From: Pavona decussata
Taxonomy: Eukaryota
Length of the DNA stretch: 64,000 bases
Assembly: GCA_977016875.1 (NCBI GenBank)
Contig: CDRNST010000167.1
Span: 1 to 64,000, forward strand
Direction of reading: 5' to 3'
Part shown: in pieces, positions 49,542-61,699 of the stretch
Layout of the letters: each line of letters starts with the position of its first letter
Position numbering within the stretch: position 1 is the first letter of the stretch
The notes under the pieces: generated by a model
Seen by the model: the letters and a program-made list of their open reading frames with translations, nothing else
What the model was told of the DNA's origin: nothing
Databases searched by the model: none
Translations under genes and position numbers: made by a program

Positions 49542-50457
49542 AGCAATTTTGCTAGCTTCCTGAGGTGAGATGTCCAGGATTTCATTTGGTTTGTGCGAAG
49601 TAATGCCCACTGGAGGCACCTTATTAAATGTGAACAATTTCTTTGCTCCTGTGCTTTTTTCTAAAGTTTTGCGTCCTTTTCTTGCTAGAGGACTTCTGTC
49701 TGGCAAAGAAACGGTAGTTGCTAAGAATTGACTTAATCTGCCTGAATCATCATCACTTTTGATCGCAGTGTTTTCCTTATCTCTTTCCAGCTTCGAGTGG
49801 ATGAAATTATAAAGTTCGAATGCATTCCTTATTTTTCTTCCACAGGTATGGCATACACGATCAGAAAACATGTCTGATCAGGCTATTTTCAATCTGATCC
49901 ATGACGAAAGTTCTGCTTAAGTCACATTTTGACACCCTTTACACTTCGAAGTCTTGAAGAGGTTTTGGGTAGAGATACAAGAAGTCTTCTGAAATTCTCT
50001 TATTTAATCTTCAGTTAGCAAGAGCACAATCCACAGTTATCATTGACACTTGTTGTGCATCGAGAACTGGAAAGCTTTTCTCCCTTGACAGGCTTTTTCA
50101 GAGTGTCGGCCTTCGCTGCCATCGAAAAAACGGAATTTCCAGGATATGTTTTGATAGCCAGCTGCCCCATCACTTTCCCGCCAACTTTGCAACTGAGAAA
50201 GTTTCATTTTACCATCTGTCATCTGATTGGTTGAGTTAACTGGATATTGACAGGTTGTCAAATGTGTAAATTTTGGGGGCATCAGTGGTAAATGACTGGA
50301 ATCCAGGCTGGTGGTTCCTCGTTGTGAAGCCACACGCTGACGCAGCTTCACTGCAACTGTCGCAACTCTCACCCCGTATCCCCCGCAGCTGGACCACTCG
50401 TTCTAGCCGGCTTTGCCTACCAACAAAAACTGCCAGCTACACAGGCTAAGTCTGGAG

Positions 50458-53400
50458 CTGTCTCGTGTTTGATGGGGTCTTTGTCATACAGTGAATTGTT
50501 TCAAGTTTCTCCTTGGCCGGTTGGGTTCCATTCTCAGTCAGAGCGTGTCCAAAGAAGTCAACTAGTGTCTGCTTGAACTGCAACTTTTCAGAGTTCAGGC
50601 TGACTTTGTGTTTGTGAGTGGCCTTGAGCATTTCACGGAAGGCTTGGTCGTGCCTTGATTCGGTTGAGCCACATACCAAGATGTCGTTAGCAATGCCCGT
50701 TACATTGGGGATGTCTTTGTACACCTTGTGAAGTTTGCAATGGATGATGTCTTGGGAGAGCTTGACCCTGAAGGGTAATCGTGTAAAAGGTTCCGTCCAA
50801 AGGGGGTGTTAAATATGGATAGCAAGCTTGATACATGGTCCGAAGCTACATGCCAATAACCTTTTTTGCTATCGCCGATGGAGAAGAACTTCTTTCCATG
50901 CAGCTGCGGCAGGAGCTCATCAATGGTATGGGTGTAATAATGCTCTCGAAGTCTATTCCTGTTAAGGTCTTTTGGGTCAAGGCAAAGTCTCATCTTCTTT
51001 TTGCCTTTTGGGTTTCTTTGATGTTACATACAATCAAGTTTACCCAGTTGGTTGGTTCGTTCACGACAGTGATGACATCATCTGTGATCATTTTGTCAAG
51101 CTCCTCCTTGTAAAGGAATGTGTGTACTGGAACAGTGGCAGCGGGTGAATGACTGGAATTGGGTCTTCAATTAGTTGAATGTGGTACTTCTCTCCGGGGA
51201 AACAACCTAACTTGTCGAAGCAATGTTGGTACTCTTCCAAGACAGTTGGCTTAGATAGCTGACCGTGGTGTGCCTCAGCTACTGTCCTGGTTGGAGGAAT
51301 GGTACTAACTTCATCTAAATTTGCTGATATTATTCCCAGGTCTTGCGACTGTCTGCAACCCAGCATGGATGGGCTTCCTGGGGCTTCCACGGTGTTGAGT
51401 TTGATGGTGGCTGACTTGTCCTTAAAGGAGACTTTTAAGATAGCTGCACCAATGTTTCCTATCTGAGAGTCTCCATATCCTCTTAAAACATTGCTTCAGG
51501 GAAGGATATCAATCGGAGAAGGGAAGTGCTGGAGATCTGTGGTAGTGATCACGCTGGCATCTGCTCCAGTATCTACTTTCAGGCTCATGTTGTGGTGTTC
51601 ATAGATCTTAACCTTGGCCTAAATCTTGTCTGGATGGCTGTCAAGGGAATTGAGTGATATTTCTTGCGTTTGCTGGCCCTTTGTTGAGGTGAGGGTTCCA
51701 AGGAATACAGTGACAGGTTCAGTGTCGCTTTTTTCTTCTTTTGGTTCCTCTTCATAAGTGTACCCATCATAATTGTCATCCAAGGGGTACTCATCTTCTA
51801 GACAGGGAATCATTTTCTTGATCCCAAAAAAATTAAGATCCTCTACTGCTTAAAAACTGGCGCCCTATCACTCTTTTAAATGTAGATTATAAATTAGCAG
51901 CCAAATGTATTGCAAGGTGTTTAGAGAAGGTTCTTCCGCATCTGATAGAGCAGGATCAGACAGGATACATCAAAGGTAGTGTATTGGCGAAAACATCCGG
52001 GTAATTTCAGATTTAATTGAACAACATGAAAATAAAGACGGTAGGATACTTTTCTTAGACTTTGAAAAGGCCTTTGAATGGGGTTACCTTTTCAAGGTGC
52101 TAGACCTCATGAACTTCGGCCCTAGTTTCCTTAACTGGATTCACACTTTCTACAAGAACATCTCCAGCTGTGTTATTAACAATGGTTACTCCTCAGATTT
52201 TTTTCTTTACAGAGAGGAGTAAGACAAGGATGCCCCCTTTCAGGACTACTCTTCGTTCTTGCGGTAGAACCACTCGGCCATCAGATCAGAATCTCCGAAT
52301 CTATCAAAGGTCTTGAAAATGGGAATAAGATCACCAAACTCAGCTTGTATGCTGATGACACCACCGCTTTTATCCGCGACGATTTATCTGCAGCTTCCTT
52401 ATTTGATCTGCGCGATCAATTTGGCGACCTCTCCGGCTTGAAAATAAATAAGTCGAAAACCAAGGGTTTGTGGCTAGGTGTGTGGAAGTGTAAACTAGGC
52501 AAAGGCGAGCCTTTCGGTATTTGAAGGCCAAAGCAGTATGGAAGAGCAAAATCCAATGTAATAACCTGATGGGTAGTGAACCATTCAAGTCGCTTGCCGA
52601 GAGGGACACTATCCTCTCCACTAAAAGGGCTCGTTTGATACTCAGGGAACATTCTTTCCCCCCGGCTCGTTTGTTGAAATCAATCTAAGTAAACAGGTGC
52701 CAAATGTCAAGGACACTTACGAACTTCCTTTTAAAGTCACTGTTGAAAACAAGTTGACAAACTTTGAGTTTAAAATTATACATAACATCTTACCAACCAA
52801 TCTCTCTCTCTCATTATAAAATGAACATAAAAGAAACACCACAATGCGAGCACTGCCTCTTTCAAAATGAAAATCTTTTTCATGTTTCTTGAGTGCCCTG
52901 TAGTTGAATCATTTTGGAAAGAAGCCGTAAGGTGGTGGAATATAAAGCGTTGAGATAATATTAATCCCAACTACTCTGAAATCCTTTATGGCTACAAACC
53001 TGAATCTAACAGCTTTTACGCGTAAAATTATTATGTTCTCATTGCTAAATATCATATATTCCTCACAAGAAATCAGTCAGAGTCTCCGAGTTTAAAGGTC
53101 TTTCTTGCCTTACTGGAAAGTAAAATCAAATATGAAAAACAATTGGCCATTAAAAACTAAGACTGTGGAAAATACGAAGCTAAGTGGACCACTCTCTGCG
53201 TATGCGATGTGTAATTTTTTCTCTCTCCTTGTCTATCTTCTTTGCACCTGTCTATTACCAACCCTTTTCTATGTTTCCGACATGGTTGTATTGTGTCGTT
53301 GTAAATCATGTAATCAGTAATGAACTTAAGCGTATTGTTTGTTTTTATTTTAACGCAGTGTAATATATAGCAAATAATGTAATGTAAGTAAGTAAATGTA

Positions 53401-54721
53401 AGTGCAGTGTAATGTAAGATAGCGTTGTAGTGCTTTGTAGATAATCTAAGTATTGTAAGTACTGTAGTGTAGTTGTTAGTACTCAAGTACAGTAAGCATT
53501 TATTGTAAACGTGAAGTGTGAAGGTCAGATTTCTCGTCACCTTTGGAAATTATCTTCATTTGTGCTTTCATCAACTTTTGCGAGGTGGTAGACTTGCTTG
53601 AAGGTTAGCCCGTTGCCAAGTGCAATTGCATCTTTGCGTACTTTATCAGGCGTTTCTGCATGCACACTCTTGGATAATGGCCGGTCTTGTCACAGTGCTT
53701 GCACTTGAAATTTTTGGCGGGGCAACTTGCTGTTCTATCATGGGTGTTTCTGCACCTGAAGCATCCTTTTGACTTGAACTGAAGTCGACAAGGTTTTCTT
53801 CCAGTTGAAGCTTTTTGATTTTGGTCGCCGTAAGGAGGTTGATGTTTGAAGCTCTGTCTTGGTGGGTTTTGGGTCGTCAGTATGCAGATTCTCATTGAAC
53901 TGTGTGAAGGTCAGATTTCTCGTCACCTTTGGAAATTATCTTCATTTGTGCTTTCATCAACTTTTGCGAGGTGGTAGACTTGCTTGAAGGTTAGCCCGTT
54001 GCCAAGTGCAATCTTATCTTTGCGTACTTTATCAGACGCCACGCTGAATACCAGTGTATCTCGGAGGGCATTTCTTTAGCAGCAGGATCGTATCCGCCAT
54101 TTTCAACTAATAGTCGCGCTTCGGCTTCCTACAGTGGTCTATCTCCCTGCTTTAGGCAACGAAGTTGATGTCTGGCGAGGATTTGATTACTTTGGGGCTT
54201 TATGTAAGCCTCTAGGGCCGCCATAACTGGAGTGATCTTCACCGTCGTTAGCCCATGTGGGCGTGTTGTAGATCTCGAGGCCTTTGTCGCCTATCCATAA
54301 CATCAGCAATCTCACCTTTTTCGCCTCTTCGACTTTGTCAAGCGCCCCCGCGAAGATAAGTTCGCATTTCTGTTTGAAGAGTTTAAAATGCTTGTGGATA
54401 TCTACTGGAGTGGTCCAGTCCATCGATGGGGGTTTGAATCGATCGGCCATGTTGTTGTTGAATGCTTGAGATCACTGATGTACTTTTACTGTTAGCACTT
54501 GAAGTAACTTATGTTCCAAGGCTTGAACTTTTCAGCCGGAGGATCTGCATCTTTTCAGGATCCCACTTCTGACACCATGTCAAAGAATGGAGTCCAGAAA
54601 CAAGTATGAGTTTCCTGGAAAATCTTCTTTAATCACCATGTGTTCAGGCGAGCAAATTAATACAAAATGGGAAGGGTGCGCATGCCCATATATGGCCTGT
54701 CATGCTAGACATACTGTGACA
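50458..54721 (-). mobile_element. Gypsy C 5' half, copy 2 (RT, gag, PBS 54560-54577, LTR 54578-54721)
   Basis: Duplicate of 32198-36461. Confidence 0.9.
51813..53516 (+). mobile_element. Tx1/L1 LINE fragment, copy 2
   Basis: Duplicate of 33553-35256. Confidence 0.88.
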
Positions 54722-54816
54722 ATCGCATTCGTTTTCTACAAGGAATGCAACAAAACATGCTGGTATTTACAACATGGGTACTGGTAAATGACCTGATAAA
54801 ATAGTACACACTGCTA

Positions 54817-55372
54817 AGGAAATCGCATATCAGTTATATTTGTAAGAAAATTTCTAAGTCCGTTGGTATAATGTACAGATTTTGTTTCTTTTTGTCATCA
54901 AACACTAAAAAATCTTTGTATTATACCTTAATTTATCCCTATTTAAATTATTGTACTACAGTTTGGTCTTCTACTTATGTAACTAACTTGAATCGCGTTT
55001 TTCGTCTTCAAAAAACGAGCTGTGCGAGCTATGACAAATTCTAATCACCTTGCACCTTCTGCACCTTATTTGCACAATTGAATATCCTAGATATTTTTAA
55101 AGTGAATTCCCTTTATGTTGCAAAATTTATGTTGCCCTCTCACCAAAGTTTGCTGCCCTTGCCCTTTTTAAATTTATTTCCAACAGGTTGTCAAATTCAT
55201 AATTATGATACTAGAACCTCAGCTCATTTTTGACGTCACACCTGCCAAACTAATATCAAGCAATTTACTATACTTTTTAGAGGGCCAAAAATATGGAATG
55301 CTTTGCCATTATCAATTACGTCTTCCCCTAGTCTATCCACCTTCAAAAGAAAGCTTCTTGATTTCCTCAGTT
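54817..55372 (+). mobile_element. L2/CR1-group LINE fragment, copy 2
   Basis: Duplicate of 36557-37112. Confidence 0.85.
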
Positions 55373-55401
55373 GTATGAAACGTCCGACTCTCTTATGCCT
55401 T

Positions 55402-58400
55402 TATTTGACAGATCAAAACTCCAAATTATCTCCCTAATTCATCACGCGACATTGTTAAAGACTGAGACCAGACACGTTTGGGCTGAAAATAAAACTTTAA
55501 TTAATTACAAGCTCGTGTGATTGTCCCCTGGGAGGGCGGGAGGGAATAACAAACTGTTGATGGATCACACGCGGCTGAAGCGACGAGCTAACTAAGCACA
55601 AGGTCAAAGAGATGCGAACATGAGACGATGGCGCAACGCGATCTCCGTCAATAATTAACCTATTTGACAAATCAAAACTCCAAATTATCTCCTTAATTCA
55701 TTATGCGACATTGTTAAAGACTGAGACCAGACACGTTTGGGCTGAAAATAAAACTTTAATTAATTACAAGCTCGTGTGATTGTCCCCAACAGTATTAAAA
55801 GATTGGCCCAAACGTGTCGTGATTGAAAAAGAAAAAAAAAAGAGAAAAATTGGGATGATTGGTAATGATAAAACTCTTGCTGTGTATAAAAGTGTAAGTA
55901 TATGTGAATATACAAGCTAACCAATGTATATAAAGAAAGGAAAAAAAAATCTAATCTCAGCAGTTGGAAAGAGAACTTAAGTGTTTATGAAAAGGCCTGC
56001 TGCCATAATGTCAGCCACCTGTGAACAAGTAGACAGGGGCAAAGATAAATAGACTTGGTAAGCGTCAGACCGCCAATCTCCGTGGAGCTTTATCAAATGT
56101 TCAGGAACACCCGCTTGATAGGCATACGTAGCTCCGCCTCGTCTGAAACTGTGTGGGGAGTAATTGGCTGGATTTAATCCCAAGCTAGCAAGGAGTCTCT
56201 TGAGAGAAGTAGTAAAGTAAGAAGCTGTGAGGGGAGTGAAACCTGGACCGCGGCCTGCCGGAAGACAGAATAACAGCGTGACAGGAGGTGCGGCAACCAA
56301 GGTGAAGTAATGGCGAATGGCTGACAAGGGCACAGTGAAGAGTTTGGAATGCTAGGAAGAGGAATGATGTGAATTCCTTCATGAAACTGCCGTGTTTTAG
56401 ACCACTTGATACGTAACAGGGCACTGGAGTCAGTGAATTTAATGTCCTGTCGGGTCAGGTGCATATCGCAGTTGAACAAAGAGGCCAACGCAGCGACCAG
56501 ATTGGACTTGCGTAAAAATAAGAAGAATGCTGTGGTAAACAACGCCCACAGAGCCGCTTGTGCTGGTACGGTCAAATCCAAGGATCAATGGATGGAAACC
56601 AAGATGTTCGGTGTCATGGGATGTTTTTGGCGTGAAGAGGTACCCAGCAGTCGCTTAAGCCCTTTCTTAGTGAGAGTTAAATCGAAGTTGTGAAATGACT
56701 CCGTAGTGAAACCCTCATAGAGGTTAAGAAGGCGAACGGCGTTCAGATGGTTTAAGATGTAATTAAAAGAGGACGTCCTCCATGCTAAAACGGAAGCATA
56801 CGCGGACAGTGTTTGAGGTAAGGCTGGCAGAGGACCCAAAGTGTATTGTTCACAGAAGTGGTACTAAAATTTCCATTGAGGACGGAGATTGCGCAAAGTT
56901 CCCGGAGCATAAGCGTTCGCTTGAATCGAGGCCACAAGATCATCGAGGGTGTGAGGAGGCGAGGAAAAGGAGACATTGGCACTGGTGGAGGGCAGTCCTG
57001 TGAAGGAAACACAGAAGCGGGAAATTAGCAGCTGATTTGAAACTCGAAGAAGTGAGGTGGGCAATAAACGTGAGTTGTTGTAAGAGTGGACGTGAGCTCG
57101 GAAAACCTCTGCTGGTGCATGGGAGACAAATGCCAGCGGCTTAGATGATCCGCAATGGAGTTTGTAACGCCGGTAATGTGCGTGGAGACGATTTCCGAGT
57201 CCCGGGCTGCTGTGAGAAACCATATTTTGCGTAAACAATGTTGCATTCCTGGGGCGCGCGAGTGGCCAGAGTTAAGTGCGAGTACACTGTTCTCGTTGTC
57301 GCATTGTAAGACCAAATGCTCGGAGGAGCGGAGCCCAGATCTTGAGAGCCACCATGATGGCCAGTAATTCTAGGGTGTTGATGTCATGGCCAAAACGGTA
57401 AAGGACTGAGCTTGGAAAAGGCGTGTGGAAATACTGGCCGTTTGAAGAAGCCACCGGCTCCCGTGCTGCATGCATCGGTAGAGAGATACATAGGATCGTT
57501 GCGCCATGGGACAGTTCTGATGATAGTTACACCGTTATAAAATGGGAGAAAATAGCACCAACATCGCAGATCAGCTTTGTTGTCGGGCGAGAGTGGACAG
57601 ACAGATGATAATTTATGGACGCGTAACGTGTACAAGAGGGTAGACATGAAAACGCGGGCGGCACGAACACAAGTAGTGACGTAGGACATCATTCCAAGAA
57701 GAGACTGCAGTTCGGTTCGAGAGACGTTGTCAATGAGCAACAGCGACGAGCAGCGATCAAAAAGCTCCTGTACACGTTCAGGAGAAACGGAGACAGTCAT
57801 GTTAGCAGTGTCGACCAAGACTCCAAGGAAGGCTGGAGGGGACGCTTTTTCAGGTGAGGTATCCAGGCCTATCTCTTCCAGTAGGGAACCAAAAGTCTGG
57901 AAAGCCTCCGCTGACTTATCAGGAATTTCAGCGCCACCAAAATCATCGATGTAGTTTGTGCAGTGGAAGCCTAGATCTCGGTACATGAAAGTGATGACAG
58001 TAGTGGAGTGTTGGCACATCATGGCGGAGAAGCGAAGGCCAAAAGGGGGGGTGATGTCGAAGTAAAAGGCGTCGCGGTGACGGAAACCAAGGAGATGATA
58101 ATCACGTGGGTCACCACGTAACTGTCTGTAAGCTCTGCTGAGGTGCATCTTAAAGAGATGACAATGACGGCCTTTTAAACGGATTATGTCCAGAAGAGCA
58201 TCTACCCCGGGTAGACGGAGCTTAAAGTCGAGACCCAGATAAGTATGCGCCAGAATCCCTGAGTTGACGGAGGATCCCCGAGGGAAACTGAGATCTACTA
58301 CGACACGTGGTTTGCCTTTACTACTGTAGGCGATTTGAAGAGGGGAAGTCGTGAGATCGTTCGAGAGCGGATTGGACGAGAAAGGACCGCAAGTCGCACC

Positions 58401-59035
58401 AAGTTTGCACTCGCGGGTGAGGTAAGAGTCGATAACATCTGGTCTGGATAATGCGGACCCATGATTTCTGGCTGAGGATACAGGAGTTTCGTCGATGGCA
58501 TAGCCAACGGGCCAGCCAGATTCAAGGGAATTGCAGAGGTGCATGTCGGGGTAGGTTGCTAAGCGACTCCGCCATGTGGGGATGTTGAGATTCGAAGGAA
58601 CGGGAAGACGCAACGTGAAGGCGTTTGGACCAGACGCGCACTGAAGCTAAGCGTGGAGAGCAATGAGATGTGGGAATAGAGAAGATTTCAATGGCAATCG
58701 CTGGACAGGAGACGAGGGGCCGACGCTAGGCGGGTTGGAGGACGGAGAGGGTTGTGGATGAAGTAATATCTGGCTCGAGGATTCAGCGGGAGAAGAGGCT
58801 AGTCAAACTTTGGAAGCTGTGTCCCTACGGCGAAGAGGAACCGGAAACTTCCGTTTTGGACAGGTGAATGCTTGATGGTCAGAGCGCTTGCACACTACAC
58901 AGATGTGGGACTTAGGGCAATCTGGTTTGGCACCGTCATCATACCAGCTCCAGGCGTTGCAGATTTGGTGGCGTGCGATGGCGGATTGAGATTCCTTAGG
59001 GGGGGCTGGTGGTTTTGAACCAGGTTTGGCAGCTT
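55402..59035 (-). mobile_element. Ngaro/DIRS-type retrotransposon, copy 2 (5' end lost at the Penelope junction)
   Basis: B repeats 55402-55528 and 55661-55787; YR 55977-56960; RNase H 57025-57475; RT ORF 57384-58613; gag zinc finger ICNAWSWYDDG..CPKSHICVVCKRSDHQAFTCP at about 58850-58970. Confidence 0.93.
57384..58613 (-). pseudogene. Ngaro reverse transcriptase (409 aa open stretch, frameshift into RNase H)
   Basis: KPRVVVDLSFP, SVNSGI, LSRAYRQL, PFGLR, NYIDDF, LQSLLG. Confidence 0.9.
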
Positions 59036-59558
59036 TCCTTTACTTTCGTCAGTAGTTGTTGTAAAGTGGTTATAGGTTTGTGAGCTACACGGATATTGTA
59101 GGGTTGTAGAATCCGTGCGATAGTCTCAGAAGTTCCCCTTACGTAAGGTATAGTTACAGTAGTTACGGGAGTCGCGTCGTTGTTTGTGACTTTAGGTTCA
59201 GTGTTCTTGTAAGTGTTACGTCTAACAAAGTCCTTGTTGTAGTTGTTCTTGTTGAAAACGTTGTCTAAGTAGTTGTTTTCGTCTGCGAGTCTGTAGGGTG
59301 AGTCACAAACCAGTTGTGCTCGCCTTGTTAAGGTCTGTATAGTCGTTGCTTTGTGAGAAGTAGGGTTGTAGGATGACTGGTCCAGTAGTCTGTCAGTATG
59401 TGTTGGTTTCCTGTAAACCGTAGTACTTAGTTTGTTGTCGTTGTTGCTACGGGTAACTAAGCAGTCTAGAAAAGGTATTTTACAATTTTCTTTGATCTCC
59501 TTAGTAAATTGTATGTCAGCGTTCTGTCTGTTAAGGTGTTCGTGAAAATCGTCGATTT
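59036..59558 (-). repeat. 523-bp inverted copy of Penelope ORF segment 60524-61046
   Basis: Reverse-complement match end to end (tcctttacttt... to ...gtcgattt) with scattered substitutions. Confidence 0.93.
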
Positions 59559-60021
59559 TCGACCGACTGAGGCTATTGTATCTAGTGTTGAGGCAGTTCT
59601 GTGTCGTCAGAGAGAACTATCAGAATCGGCCAAGGATAACATCAGAAGTAGAATTGCTTCTACTATACAATCATCCTCCCTAACTGACAGTAACTTGACT
59701 AAAGACGAACGACAAGCACTGAAACGACTGAAAAGTGACAAAAACATCGTCATACTCCCCGCTGACAAAGGACGAGTGACTGTTGTTATGGACAAGACAG
59801 ACTACTACGACAAAATGGACACTCTAGTTAACGACAAACAGACATACGAAGAACTGAAACGAGACCCGACGCCATCACTTCAACGTAAACTCAACAGTAA
59901 ACTACTTGACCTTAAGAAAACTGACGTTATTGACATACAACCTTACAACAGACTGAGGTGCCGCGTACCGCAACCACCTTAACTCTACGGACTACCAAAA
60001 CTACGCAAACCTAACATACCC

Positions 60022-61401
60022 ATGCGACCCATAGTCTCGTTCTGTGGGTCCCCGACTTACGAACTATCCAAATACTTGACTACTATACTGAAGCCATTGA
60101 CAAACGAATCCCGACACAAACTGCAGTCTACCAAGACCTTTATTGACGCCATCAAGACGGTACAAATACCTGACGACTACAAACTTGTGTCTTTTGATGT
60201 GAAATCACTGTTCACCAGTATTCCACTTCAACTGGCTCTAGACTGTACTGCTACCACCATCGAGAACTCCGCGACAAAACTGCCACTGCCTACAGATAAC
60301 TTAATGGACCTACTGAACCTCTGCTTAACGTCCACGTACTTCTACTACAACGGAAAGCACTACAAACAGTTACATGGAACAGCTATGGGCTCACCAGTTT
60401 CTGTTGTTGTAGCAGAAATTGTCATGCAGAACATCGAGGAACAAGCCCTAGCAACCTACAAACGGACACTACCGCTCTGGTTACGCTACGTAGACGACAC
60501 CTTTACAGCAGTACACAAAGACGAAATCGACGATTTTCACGAACACCTTAACAGACAGAACGCTGACATACAATTTACTAAGGAGATCGAAGAAAATTGT
60601 AAAATACCTTTTCTAGACTGCTTAGTTACCCGTAACAACAACGACAACAAACTAAGTACTACGGTTTACAGGAAACCAACACATACTGACAGACTACTGG
60701 ACCAGTCATCCTACAACCCTACTTCTCACAAAGCAACGACTATACAGACCTTAACGAGGCGAGCACAACTGGTTTGTGACTCACCCGACAGACTCGCAGA
60801 CGAAAACAACTACTTAGACAACGTTTTCAACAAGAACAACTACAACAAGGACTTTGTTAGACGTAACACTTACAAGAACACCGAACCTAACGTCACAAAC
60901 AACGACGCGACTCTTGTAACTACTGTAACTATACCTTACGTAAGGGGAACTTCTGAGACTATCGCACGGATTCTACAACCCTACAATATCCGTGTAGCTC
61001 ACAAACCTATAACCACTTTAAGAGAACTACTGAGGAAAGTAAAGGACAAAGACGAACCTAACCGCAGACAGGGAGCAGTTTACAAGATCAAATGCTGCGA
61101 CTGCCAGGCCACTTATATTGGTGAGACCGGCAGAAATTTAAACGTACGACTGACTGAACACAAACGAGCAACTAGAAATGGTGATATCAACAATCACATT
61201 GCTGAGCACCATTTACAAACGAACCACAGAATCGACTGGGACTCTGCCAAGTGCATTACCTACTGTACAAATTACTATCAACGACTCACTCTGGAAAGCT
61301 GGTTTACTAACTTAGAACAAACGCCACTCAACCGTTGCTTACAACTACCTGCACCATACAAACGACTTATTGACAACAACAACGAAAGAAACAAACAATA
61401 G
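60022..61401 (+). CDS. Penelope RT-GIY-YIG endonuclease open frame (459 aa; 5' part cut off by a premature stop)
   Basis: YVDD catalytic motif and GIY-YIG motifs intact. Upstream in-frame ORF 59509-59982 is separated by TAA. Confidence 0.75.
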   Translation: MRPIVSFCGSPTYELSKYLTTILKPLTNESRHKLQSTKTFIDAIKTVQIPDDYKLVSFDVKSLFTSIPLQLALDCTATTIENSATKLPLPTDNLMDLLNLCLTSTYFYYNGKHYKQLHGTAMGSPVSVVVAEIVMQNIEEQALATYKRTLPLWLRYVDDTFTAVHKDEIDDFHEHLNRQNADIQFTKEIEENCKIPFLDCLVTRNNNDNKLSTTVYRKPTHTDRLLDQSSYNPTSHKATTIQTLTRRAQLVCDSPDRLADENNYLDNVFNKNNYNKDFVRRNTYKNTEPNVTNNDATLVTTVTIPYVRGTSETIARILQPYNIRVAHKPITTLRELLRKVKDKDEPNRRQGAVYKIKCCDCQATYIGETGRNLNVRLTEHKRATRNGDINNHIAEHHLQTNHRIDWDSAKCITYCTNYYQRLTLESWFTNLEQTPLNRCLQLPAPYKRLIDNNNERNKQ

Positions 61402-61581
61402 ACCCACGGACTTTCTGACTAACAAAAGACGGATCGAAATGCACCAATCACTTTTTACAGTCTTCACAGCCAATAACATCACGGCTTACTGACAAACGAC
61501 CAATAACATCTGGACTTCGTTGACCAATCAGGTTAACAACCAGAGATGTATATACCACCTACTGACGTTCCACAATTCACT

Positions 61582-61626
61582 TGACCCTGAAGATGACTTC
61601 CGCTCAGGTTGTCAAAATGTCAGTCA
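61582..61626 (+). ncRNA. Degenerate minimal type I hammerhead ribozyme in the Penelope pLTR
   Basis: tgacc-CTGAAGA-tgac..gtc-AAAAT-GTC-agtca. The core GAAAC has become AAAAT; helix I is tgac/gtca. Confidence 0.65.
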
Positions 61627-61699
61627 CCACAAACAGTCCTTCTCAGGACTACACTCACCCGGATGATCATAATTTACGTACTTATGAGTATCTGATGTG

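Larger units (their letters stand above)
39951..50448. mobile_element. AcademH copy 2 (lacks left TIR; right TIR at 50448)
   Basis: Duplicate of 21691-32188. Confidence 0.88.
39951..58207. repeat. Segmental tandem duplication, copy 2
   Basis: Starts tgcttgatggg (equivalent to 21691) and ends tctaccc (equivalent to 39947), after which the Ngaro RT continues uninterrupted. Confidence 0.99.
59036..61688 (+). mobile_element. Penelope-like element (RT + GIY-YIG) with inverted 5' segment
   Basis: ORF about 59560-61401 with one stop at 59980. PADKG, RPIVS, VSFDVKSLFT, GTAMGSP, RYVDDT, VYKIKC..YIGETGR..RLTEH. 3' pseudo-LTR with a hammerhead remnant. Confidence 0.95.
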
